Below the pieces are notes generated by a model. The model had not been told where the DNA came from. It saw only the letters and a program-made list of their open reading frames with translations, and did not search any database. Both the position numbers and the translations under genes were made by a program. Shown one piece after another: positions 9,178-17,631 of a stretch of DNA of 64,000 nt. Source of the DNA: Nitrospirota bacterium (GTDB lineage: Bacteria; Nitrospirota; UBA9217); the NCBI GenBank assembly GCA_963663225.1, contig OY760142.1:2592001-2656000 (forward strand), given 5' to 3'. Positions within the stretch are counted from its first letter, which is position 1. Each line of letters begins with the position of its first letter.

Positions 9178-9678
9178 ATGAAAATATTTTTTATATACTG
9201 CTCGCTCTTATTGTTTTTATCTGCATGTGCTAACTGCAAACAAATGCATTCTCTGCAAATTGGCATGTCAGAGCAAGAGGTTGTGAAAATTATGGATCGT
9301 TCACCAAGTAAAGTTAGTGCATCTAGTAACTCTAAAATTATTTATTATTCATGCCGAGGGTCTATGCCAGATTCTGGTATGAAATTTATTGATAATAAGC
9401 TGGTTGCTTATGGGCCCGAAAGTCAAGTCAACGCAGACGCTTCCACGAGCCTTGTAGCACTAACACAAAATTCTTGGTCAAAAGAAGGAAGCACAGATGC
9501 TAATCAATTTAATAAAGATAAATATGATTGTGCAAAACAAGCAGAACGATCATATGCTACAGGAGGAAGTGGATTAGTTGGCATGATGAAGGCAAGTCAG
9601 TTCGAAGAAAAACAAGATAAAAAAGAATATGATTTTTTCGTTATGTGTATGGAATCGAAGGGTTATAAGAAAAAGTAG
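9178..9678 (+). CDS. Lipoprotein with SmpA/BamE-like N-terminal region
   Basis: Lipobox LSAC, LQIGMSEQEV..IM..P motif, C-terminal D.YDC...CMESKGY module. Confidence 0.75.
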   Translation: MKIFFIYCSLLLFLSACANCKQMHSLQIGMSEQEVVKIMDRSPSKVSASSNSKIIYYSCRGSMPDSGMKFIDNKLVAYGPESQVNADASTSLVALTQNSWSKEGSTDANQFNKDKYDCAKQAERSYATGGSGLVGMMKASQFEEKQDKKEYDFFVMCMESKGYKKK

Positions 9679-9739
9679 TTTCGCGAATGTTTCAGAAGGT
9701 TTCGGGTAGTGTTTGTGGATATGACGAAAGGAGAATAGC

Positions 9740-10285
9740 ATGACAAAGTTGATAAAGCTACTTCTACTTTTAGCATCCCTGTGTTTTTCTTGTACGCAAC
9801 AGAACCAAACCACAGCGCTGCAAATAACAAAACTAGAAAAAGAGATTGAAGTATTAAAATCAGCAATTGCTGAGTTAAAGCAGGATAGGTCTTGGGATGA
9901 ATTTGTTAAATCACTAGAGTCAACGGCATATCTCACACCCGGTGCGGGCGGATATTCTGTTATACAATGCGATCTAGGGCGTATGACTGTGCAGCTTAAT
10001 GACGTTAAGCCGTATGCTAACGGAAGTAAGATAACGCTTCGTATAGGGAACTTGACGACAGCTACCGTGAACGGTGCTAAAGCAAAGATAGAATGGGGCT
10101 CTGTAAACGAAAAGGGAATTCCTATTAATGAAAGTGCTAAAAACCGTGATTTTAATTTTAACAAACCACTTAGACCCGGTACTTGGAATCATGTGACTGT
10201 TATACTTGAGGGCGTACCACCGGTGCAATTAGGATTTGTTCGTATACGAGAAATGACTCATACAGGAATTGTTTTAAAACTTTAA
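9740..10285 (+). CDS. DUF3251/YajI-like lipoprotein
   Basis: Lipobox-like signal, coiled coil, AYLTPG..GYS.....G...V....V.PYANGS...L.IGN motif. Confidence 0.7.
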   Translation: MTKLIKLLLLLASLCFSCTQQNQTTALQITKLEKEIEVLKSAIAELKQDRSWDEFVKSLESTAYLTPGAGGYSVIQCDLGRMTVQLNDVKPYANGSKITLRIGNLTTATVNGAKAKIEWGSVNEKGIPINESAKNRDFNFNKPLRPGTWNHVTVILEGVPPVQLGFVRIREMTHTGIVLKL

Positions 10286-10329
10286 AAATATCTCTAAGGA
10301 ACAATTAAATATGCTGAGAAAGGTTGCTA

Positions 10330-11016
10330 ATGAATAAATTTATTTTAACTTTTGTCGTGACCGTGACACTCTTTGTCACTCCCTCCTACGCTTGGCACGA
10401 TAAAACCCATATAGCAGTTGCTGAGGTCGCCGGTTACGAATGTTGGTACAATGCTGCCGGTGCAGATATTACTAAAACCAAGGCTGGTGCAATAGAGGAA
10501 AAGAACCATTACTTTAATAACTATGAAAATGAAACTATTACCGACAAAACGGTTCTTAGTCAGGTTAAGGCGTATAACAGCCCTACAGATAATGAGGGAC
10601 ACCTTTACGGGGCTATTATTGCCTCTTTGAGAGACTACCGAAAGAAGAAAGCTTCAGGTAAATACGCCGAGTACAATATGGCCTTTGCTGTTCATTATAT
10701 AGGGGATTTATCGCAGCCATTGCACAATGTTCGTTATGATCAATTCAATAAATCACATCACTCAGCGAATGACGGCATTGTAGATGACGAAGTCTTAGAT
10801 AATCTCAAGTCAATTGAAAAGAATATGTACGAGATTAAGCTGAATAAAGAAAGCTTTGAAGAAGACTTGGCAAAGGAGATCGCCCGAATAGCAAATATTT
10901 CACGTCAGCTTGCGGAGAAAATCAAAACAGAGAAGAGAAATATGACCAAAGAAGAGGCGTATATCCAATTGGGGCATAGTGCATCACTGTTAAAAGCCAT
11001 ACTCATGAATCATTGA
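10330..11016 (+). CDS. Secreted S1/P1 nuclease / zinc phospholipase C superfamily enzyme
   Basis: Signal peptide ending SYA, mature N-terminus WHDKTH, AD, HYF, HYIGDLSQPLH and H...D trinuclear Zn ligands. Confidence 0.85.
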   Translation: MNKFILTFVVTVTLFVTPSYAWHDKTHIAVAEVAGYECWYNAAGADITKTKAGAIEEKNHYFNNYENETITDKTVLSQVKAYNSPTDNEGHLYGAIIASLRDYRKKKASGKYAEYNMAFAVHYIGDLSQPLHNVRYDQFNKSHHSANDGIVDDEVLDNLKSIEKNMYEIKLNKESFEEDLAKEIARIANISRQLAEKIKTEKRNMTKEEAYIQLGHSASLLKAILMNH

Positions 11017-11048
11017 GAATAATTTTAATGGATAAATGGGAGGGCATT

Positions 11049-12218
11049 ATGAAAAAGAGTTGTCTAGTCTTGGTATTTCTCTTCATCCCGGCCCTTGTGG
11101 TTGCTTCTGAGTCAATTTCTCAAAGTACATCAACGCATGTTCTTCCGGATGCTGACTTCAAAACAAATAGTACTAATACCAGCGTTATTAATCCTACAGA
11201 AATTAAATGGGAGGAAATCGATAAAGCAGAAGAACATTTTCAAAATGCTCTTTCGGCAGATTCGTTCGACGATTCAATTAAAGAAATAACTCGCGCTATT
11301 TTACTAAAGCCTGACAGAGCAAAGTACTATTCTTTTAGAGGTGATAAATACTATTTAAAAAGATCATTAGATGATTTTAAAAAAGATAAAAAACTATCTT
11401 TAAAAGCATTAAATGATTACAATGCTTGCCTTAAATTAAGTCAAAATGACCTAGATACAAACCTAGATTGTTCTATGGCAAAAGGAGAAATTCTTTGTAA
11501 TATAGGACGCTATAAAGAAGGGATAGCTGAATTAAGTAATAGTATTAATAAAATACACGATCAACATTTAAATACTTATGTGCAGGCAAGATTTTATGAA
11601 TTAAGAGCTTTATGCTATCAAGAGACGAAGCAATTCAACAAAGCAATAACTGATATATCTAAGGCTATTAATTTAAAAAAGGACAATAACTTTTATACTT
11701 TGATATCAAGAGCAGCTATGTATCAGCATATGAATTTGTTAAATGAATCTCTGCGCGACCTTCAAGCCGCGTGTAAAATGTGTAAAAACATAAAAGGATG
11801 CAAAGAATACCCCTGCTTATCAGCATTTAATTTAAAACGTACTATAAATAGAGGTGATAAATATCAGTACATAGGCTCGGTAGAAGATTATGATTGGTAT
11901 TATGATAAGCAAAGCATAGTACAAAAAAAACACCAAAACCTGAAAGTATGGTTGCGTCTAGAGCCAATAACTCAATTAAACTCAGGTGGAATATTGCTTG
12001 ATGAGAATTATTCTTATAAACTTTTACTATGGCACATTGACTGCCTAAATCGTGAACTTGCGGCAGAGTCCAGCGTTGAGTACGACACTAATGGGAAATT
12101 AGTAAAAAACTATCATTTTGACCCTAGTTCTAGTTACACAAAAGCCACTGTTGTGCCTGATAGTATGGGAGATGTTGTTGCAAATCACCTATGCAAAGTT
12201 CGCCGCAGCAAACACTAA
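11049..12218 (+). CDS. Secreted TPR protein with C-terminal surface-adhesin-E-like domain
   Basis: Signal peptide, TPR repeats, YYDKQSI...VW...IDC....YD.NG...VPDS...C motif. Confidence 0.75.
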   Translation: MKKSCLVLVFLFIPALVVASESISQSTSTHVLPDADFKTNSTNTSVINPTEIKWEEIDKAEEHFQNALSADSFDDSIKEITRAILLKPDRAKYYSFRGDKYYLKRSLDDFKKDKKLSLKALNDYNACLKLSQNDLDTNLDCSMAKGEILCNIGRYKEGIAELSNSINKIHDQHLNTYVQARFYELRALCYQETKQFNKAITDISKAINLKKDNNFYTLISRAAMYQHMNLLNESLRDLQAACKMCKNIKGCKEYPCLSAFNLKRTINRGDKYQYIGSVEDYDWYYDKQSIVQKKHQNLKVWLRLEPITQLNSGGILLDENYSYKLLLWHIDCLNRELAAESSVEYDTNGKLVKNYHFDPSSSYTKATVVPDSMGDVVANHLCKVRRSKH

Positions 12219-12305
12219 TCAACTCATTTTTTGATTAGTGCAAAGCATTTTTTCTTATTTTTAATCCATTTAAAAACAGTTAATAGAAGGCTAATTGGTG
12301 ATAAA

Positions 12306-12461
12306 GTGGCAAACAAGGACGACCAGAAAGAAGTTGTTACTTTTGAAGAACTTTTGTTGAGCAACACAATTCAACAAGAAGCCATAGTCAATTTGCTAGT
12401 TAAAAAGGGCATAATAAGCAAAATAGAGCTACTTGAAGAGATTAAAAGAATTAGTACGTAG
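12306..12461 (+). CDS. Small hypothetical protein
   Basis: GTG start; EELLLSN...EA.VNLL.KKGII...ELLEEIK helical pattern. Confidence 0.6.
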   Translation: MANKDDQKEVVTFEELLLSNTIQQEAIVNLLVKKGIISKIELLEEIKRIST

Positions 12462-12557
12462 CAAATGTAAATTATTTGATAAACCACGTATTAATCATTT
12501 GTGGATTGGAATTTAATAGGACATTATATAGATATTCTATCTAAGGAGGGTACTTAA

Positions 12558-13664
12558 ATGGGTTTTTATATCCGAAAAAGTATCAGTCTTGGTCCTTTTA
12601 GGTTCAATCTTTCCAAATCAGGGATAGGTGTATCTGCTGGAATCAAAGGTTTGCGATTTGGAACCGGCCCTAAAGGCAACTATGTTCACATGGGAAGAGG
12701 AGGTATTTATTTTAGACAAACCTTAACTCCATCAGGAAAACAAAACCTACCTAGGATCCCTGATAATCAAAATAGGACTTCTCCTCCACAAAACAGCTTA
12801 TCAATACCGCATGATCCGACCGTGGGTGAATTTAAAGAAATAGATAGTACCTCAGTATTTCAGATGACAAGTAGCTCATCAGAAAAACTTCTTAAAGAGA
12901 TCAATGAGAAACACCAAAAACCTCGAGCTGTCCCTATTGTGGCAATTTTTGTAGGATGTTTGGTGATGCTGCTATGGTATGCAAAAATTCCATCCTGGGC
13001 ACTAGCTTTATCAGTATTCATTGCAGTTGTCGGTATTCTCTTGGCCCATTGGAGGGACCAAATAAATAAAAATGTAGTTATTTTTTATGAATTTGATTCT
13101 GAACTGGAAAAAGCATACCAATCCTTATTGGATGCTTTTGCTAATATAACAAAATGTCAACGGATTAAACACGTAGAGGGCGCAGCAGAAGTTCTAGATA
13201 AAAAATATCATGCTGGCGCTAACAAGTTGGTTAGTATCAAATCTATTACGTTACAATCTGGCGATTTACCTTTTTTAAAAACCAATATTCCAGTACCTTT
13301 AATTCCTGCTGGAAGACAAAAGCTAGCTTTCCTTCCGGATCGGTTACTGGTTGTTGAATCTGGTGGAGTTGGTGCGGTGGAGTATGCAAATCTAAAATTT
13401 ACAATCTCTGCGGAAAATTTTATAGAGGAAGATGGCGTACCCAGTGATTCCGTCGTAGTCGGTCATACATGGAAATATGTAAATAAGAAGGGTGGTCCCG
13501 ATAAACGATTTAAGGATAATAGAGAGCTACCAATAGTTCGATATGAACAAATTGCTTTTTCAAGCGACACAGGTCTAAATGAAGTAATTCAGTGCTCACG
13601 AGTAGGAGTAGGCGCTTCTCTTGAAGCATCAGTACGGAAAATACAAAAAAACATAAAAATATAA
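12558..13664 (+). CDS. DUF4236 domain membrane protein
   Basis: MGFYIRKSISLGPFRFNLSKSG.G.S.G..G N-terminus, two TM helices, TW.YVNK.GGPD.RFKDN. Confidence 0.85.
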   Translation: MGFYIRKSISLGPFRFNLSKSGIGVSAGIKGLRFGTGPKGNYVHMGRGGIYFRQTLTPSGKQNLPRIPDNQNRTSPPQNSLSIPHDPTVGEFKEIDSTSVFQMTSSSSEKLLKEINEKHQKPRAVPIVAIFVGCLVMLLWYAKIPSWALALSVFIAVVGILLAHWRDQINKNVVIFYEFDSELEKAYQSLLDAFANITKCQRIKHVEGAAEVLDKKYHAGANKLVSIKSITLQSGDLPFLKTNIPVPLIPAGRQKLAFLPDRLLVVESGGVGAVEYANLKFTISAENFIEEDGVPSDSVVVGHTWKYVNKKGGPDKRFKDNRELPIVRYEQIAFSSDTGLNEVIQCSRVGVGASLEASVRKIQKNIKI

Positions 13665-13692
13665 TTGATAGTTTAGGGTATATGAGGGGCAA

Positions 13693-14130
13693 ATGAAAAT
13701 TATTTTTTTAATTATTGGAATATTTTTGTTTATGACCAATCTGTCTTTTACTGCCGACCATAAGCTTGATAGAAAGCAGATTTATGAGTTGAAAGAAAAA
13801 TGCAGTAAACGAGCAGAAGAAGTTTTTAAAAGAGATTATAATTCATCATCTTGGCAGGAAGAAGACGGCTCACATGTGACTGTTAATTTCAGAAATCATT
13901 ATAATAGAAAAGTAAATAAATGTTTTATGTTAACAGCATATTCTTCATTTAATGTAAAAGAAAAAACACTTATTCGCACAGAAGATTTGATCGATATTAA
14001 TGAAAACAGAAAATATGGTACTTCTACAATATTGAACCATAATAAACCAATTGAATGCGTAATTCTGGATAAAATATGTAATTCGAAAAATGAATGGAAT
14101 CGTTTAATTAAACCATATATGGAAGAATAG
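13693..14130 (+). CDS. Secreted hypothetical protein
   Basis: Signal peptide, four Cys, HYN...NKCF motif. Confidence 0.7.
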   Translation: MKIIFLIIGIFLFMTNLSFTADHKLDRKQIYELKEKCSKRAEEVFKRDYNSSSWQEEDGSHVTVNFRNHYNRKVNKCFMLTAYSSFNVKEKTLIRTEDLIDINENRKYGTSTILNHNKPIECVILDKICNSKNEWNRLIKPYMEE

Positions 14131-14214
14131 GTTTAAAAAAAATGGGTGAGCTCCCGAAAAGAGCAACTTCGCGGCATAATTTGAGTAGCTTGAAGAAATG
14201 CAAGGAAAAGAAAA

Positions 14215-15198
14215 ATGAAAAAAGAATTGGATTTAAAAGCGTTAACAATGGGCAGCTTGTATTGGGATAGGCCTTCTTCTTATCTCCAAAAAAAGAAAGA
14301 TTTGATGTATCGAGACCCTTTGCTTCTTGAACTTGCAAAACTTATTGATTCATACGATATCAAACATAAATGTCCACCAGAAGATAAAATAACAGATTTA
14401 AAGAATCGCATTGAAGCTAAATGGAATGTTAGCCTTATTATTACTGGATATGCTCAGCCGAATGTCAATGGAGTTGAAATAGTAGAATCATTTAAACCTG
14501 ACTTGCCTCTTTCTCCTATAAAAGTTAAAGAAATCGACTTGAAAGGCAAAGAAGTTATTAAGGAAGCAGAAGTATTTCTTATTTACAATAGGGTTAAGGG
14601 CTTTCCTCTTTCGTCGTTTCCTGTTCTCTCCAGCGAAATGCTTATATCTACACAAGCACCCATATTGACGATTCAAGTAGACCTTGATTGCATAACTTTG
14701 AATGATAGTGCTTTCATGAGGAAGGCCATGTGGGAGATAATTAAGCGCAATCTTATGGAAAGACGAAATGCTAAACGTCCAGTAGCAAAGAGGTCAAAAG
14801 GAATTATCTTAAACGACCATGCAGAATTAGACTTTGTTTATACTAGCAAGGATGACATTTTTAAGAATTACCTTCGCTGGTATGATATGCATATAAGAGA
14901 AAAGTTAAGCTTTAGACTTATTGCACTTTACGAGAAAACGAAACCAGAACAGCAATCTTTTCTTCTTGAATGCATTAAAACACAAAAAAGCAGATATGGA
15001 ATATCTATCAAAGGAGAAGACAAAATAGAAAAAGGTATCAGACTTATCTATAAAGCTATTCACAGAGCAAACTATTCGAGGAATGCAGTTACCCCGACAC
15101 TTGAGGTTTATGATTGCCCGAAACATGGCAACCAGTGCCCTGTTTCTTGTACCTATTATAAAGAATGGCTTGCTAGATTCAATCGATTAACACCATAA
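14215..15198 (+). CDS. Hypothetical protein with C-terminal Cys/His cluster
   Basis: 327 aa ORF ending CPKHGNQCPVSC. Confidence 0.7.
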   Translation: MKKELDLKALTMGSLYWDRPSSYLQKKKDLMYRDPLLLELAKLIDSYDIKHKCPPEDKITDLKNRIEAKWNVSLIITGYAQPNVNGVEIVESFKPDLPLSPIKVKEIDLKGKEVIKEAEVFLIYNRVKGFPLSSFPVLSSEMLISTQAPILTIQVDLDCITLNDSAFMRKAMWEIIKRNLMERRNAKRPVAKRSKGIILNDHAELDFVYTSKDDIFKNYLRWYDMHIREKLSFRLIALYEKTKPEQQSFLLECIKTQKSRYGISIKGEDKIEKGIRLIYKAIHRANYSRNAVTPTLEVYDCPKHGNQCPVSCTYYKEWLARFNRLTP

Positions 15199-15317
15199 AC
15201 CCTCCCGTACCAATCTTTTTCATTTAAAGAAAAAAGATACACCTACCTTTTTTCGGATTTCCTAGGGTAGAAGGGATTTTACTTCTGCAATCTTGAAATC
15301 TGAAAAGAGATACGAAA

Positions 15318-15563
15318 ATGAAAAAGAACATTGAATCATTCATCACATCGTCTAATCAATTAGCAGCCTTCCTCATTACTCAAAAGTTCACATATCACCC
15401 CATAAAAATAGACGGAACCATCAAGATTGAGCTGCAAGGCCGTGATTTAACACAGGCCGTTGAAAAGTTCTATCATAATGCAGATGTTCCTGTGCAGTCG
15501 TATTTGGCCGCGTTTGATACATTGAGGGGAGCTGTCGCGCTTGCGCGTAGTAAACATGAATAA
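15318..15563 (+). CDS. DUF5659-like small protein
   Basis: F.T....LAAFL...F....F....V.V..Y pattern; paralogue of 17380..17628. Confidence 0.7.
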   Translation: MKKNIESFITSSNQLAAFLITQKFTYHPIKIDGTIKIELQGRDLTQAVEKFYHNADVPVQSYLAAFDTLRGAVALARSKHE

Positions 15564-16065
15564 ACATACTGCTGAGGATTGCATAGACAATAAAGTAGAG
15601 GCTTTGACACCTCGTGACATCCAAATAGCCGGTCTAAGGGCAGCAGGCCTGAACTATCGGGCTATAGGGCAGGAGGTAGGGGTTTCCAGGCAGACAGTCT
15701 GTACCACTCTAAAAGATGACTGTGTACGAGATATCGTAGAAAGCTGTAGACAACGATTTGCCTTAGAAGGCTTTGAGAAGGCAGTTACAAATATTTTAAA
15801 TCTTATCAAAGATTATGAATCTCCTGTTCTTCCTGATAAAGATGGGAAGCTTACCGGTGATCAATATCAGCGTAAAGAACACGGATACCGCGCTTCCATG
15901 AAAGCACTTGAATCGTTAGGCATCGTACCTGCACACACACCGACTTTTTTGCAAAACGTATTCAATGTTAACCAGTCTAACCATATTAATCCGATTGTTG
16001 ACAAGATTTTAACGATACATCTTTCTAGTGATCTAATGATGGAAGAGCCTCAAGAGGAGAAGTAG
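15556..16065 (+). CDS. HTH protein, terminase small subunit-like
   Basis: N-terminal HTH (GLNYRAIGQEVGVSRQTV), helical core, extended N/Q-rich tail. Confidence 0.6.
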   Translation: MNKHTAEDCIDNKVEALTPRDIQIAGLRAAGLNYRAIGQEVGVSRQTVCTTLKDDCVRDIVESCRQRFALEGFEKAVTNILNLIKDYESPVLPDKDGKLTGDQYQRKEHGYRASMKALESLGIVPAHTPTFLQNVFNVNQSNHINPIVDKILTIHLSSDLMMEEPQEEK

Positions 16066-16293
16066 ACCACAACATAATGAAGGTTGTGACCTATGGGTAA
16101 AGACCAATTAAATCAATTAGTTAAAGTGGTATGTGTTAGTAAATTGTGCACTTGAAACTTATTGTAAAATGTTTTTTCTAGGGGGAGGGGGAGACCGGGA
16201 GACGGGAGTCCTCTTGGTGTTGGTGACAGTTATCCTCCCTTCACATAAATAGATTTTTTGGAATTATGAGCTACCAAGGCCCAGGAGGAAATC

Positions 16294-17337
16294 ATGCCAG
16301 AGTATACAGATCCATATTATTGGAGCAAGGATTTAATGAGAACCCAGTCTCAGCAGAAGGCTTTGGGGCAGACTCAAGGACTTTCTGCGCAAGCACTAAC
16401 AAACGTAGTGGCTGCCAATTACCAGGCTCAAGCACAAGAAGAATCTAGCCAAAGAAACTACGACCTAGCCGTCAGGCAGCAGACCCTTCAAGAGTCAGCT
16501 ACTAAGAGACAATTAGACCTAAAAGAACGTGAAAGTAATCAGCAAGCGGTAAGTAGTGCTGTGTCGGCACCGCTGGAGGGCCTCATGACATACAGACTAG
16601 GGGAACAAGCGGGTCTATGGGGCACAAAAGCGGCAGGTGATGCTACGATAACGGCCTTAGATACAGCTACGACACTACAAACCCCATCATTAGCGGTGGG
16701 TTCTCTTTATGGTACAACTTCAGCAGGATTGGGATTAGCAAGCACCCAAGCATTACCAGCCCTGTCAAGCTATGGGATTGGGGCTGAAGGTGTGCTGAGC
16801 TCTACTCCTGCATTAAGTACAGCATTACCTACTACATACACCGCTGGTGGGTTAGCCACAGACGTTACCGCTGGAACTGGTATGTGGTCTGCTATCGGTA
16901 GTGGCATATCCACAGCAGGAGAAGCCGTAGCCGGAGCTGCTACAGCGGCTTGGGAATGGCTTGCGGATATAGTTGTAGGTGTTGCCGCCTGGGTTCTTTG
17001 CTCAGAACTCGTAAGACAGGGATTACTTGAAAAAGAAATAGTAGATCAGGAATGGGAATATATCAAACCGCGTCTTACTACGGAAGTCTATTGGGGATAC
17101 AGACTATTAGCCGATCCTTTAGTAAGGATCATGCAAAGAAGTAAATTATTTACCAAGTGTATAGCTCCTTTTATCAGGGCTTTTGCTTATGAGATGGCTT
17201 CGAGGGTAAACCCTAATATCAAGGGAAGCCGTTTAGGTTCGTTTATTTTGTTTGTTGGATGTCCTATTTGCAAGGCTGTTTACATAGCCAAATACCGGAG
17301 GAAATCATGGCTCAAGCAAGTTTTCAGCTATAGATAG
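16294..17337 (+). CDS. Virion internal/DNA-ejection-like protein
   Basis: Q-rich coiled coil, long G/A/T/S-rich region, C-terminal VLCSEL..QG....YWGY...A.PLV..M domain of a type seen in phage virion proteins. Confidence 0.55.
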   Translation: MPEYTDPYYWSKDLMRTQSQQKALGQTQGLSAQALTNVVAANYQAQAQEESSQRNYDLAVRQQTLQESATKRQLDLKERESNQQAVSSAVSAPLEGLMTYRLGEQAGLWGTKAAGDATITALDTATTLQTPSLAVGSLYGTTSAGLGLASTQALPALSSYGIGAEGVLSSTPALSTALPTTYTAGGLATDVTAGTGMWSAIGSGISTAGEAVAGAATAAWEWLADIVVGVAAWVLCSELVRQGLLEKEIVDQEWEYIKPRLTTEVYWGYRLLADPLVRIMQRSKLFTKCIAPFIRAFAYEMASRVNPNIKGSRLGSFILFVGCPICKAVYIAKYRRKSWLKQVFSYR

Positions 17338-17379
17338 TATCGCGTAATTCGAAATAGAAAAAAAGAGAAGGAGACTGAG

Positions 17380-17628
17380 ATGGAGAAGAAAAGATTCGAA
17401 ACACAAGATATTTGGCTTTCAACTTTCCTGTATATGTGCGGATTAGTGCCTATCCTCAAAATGCGACAAGATACGGTCGTTTTTGCATTTCCTGCCTCAT
17501 CCGATCTAGACCGCCTGATAGTAAATTTCAATAACAATGTATCTGTACCTTCCTTGGACTTTGTAAACGCTCACAAGCTGGTTAGAGGGAGAATGCATGA
17601 CCTAAAACACGGTCGGGATCGAGTATGA
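17380..17628 (+). CDS. DUF5659-like small protein
   Basis: FETQDIWLSTFL...G....VVFAF.......F.....V...F. Confidence 0.75.
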   Translation: MEKKRFETQDIWLSTFLYMCGLVPILKMRQDTVVFAFPASSDLDRLIVNFNNNVSVPSLDFVNAHKLVRGRMHDLKHGRDRV

Positions 17629-17631
17629 GCT

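Noticed and set aside
9104-14215. Integron-like cassette array
   Set aside because: The intergenic spacers share no attC-like repeats, and the integrase looks phage-type with an arm-binding N-terminus.
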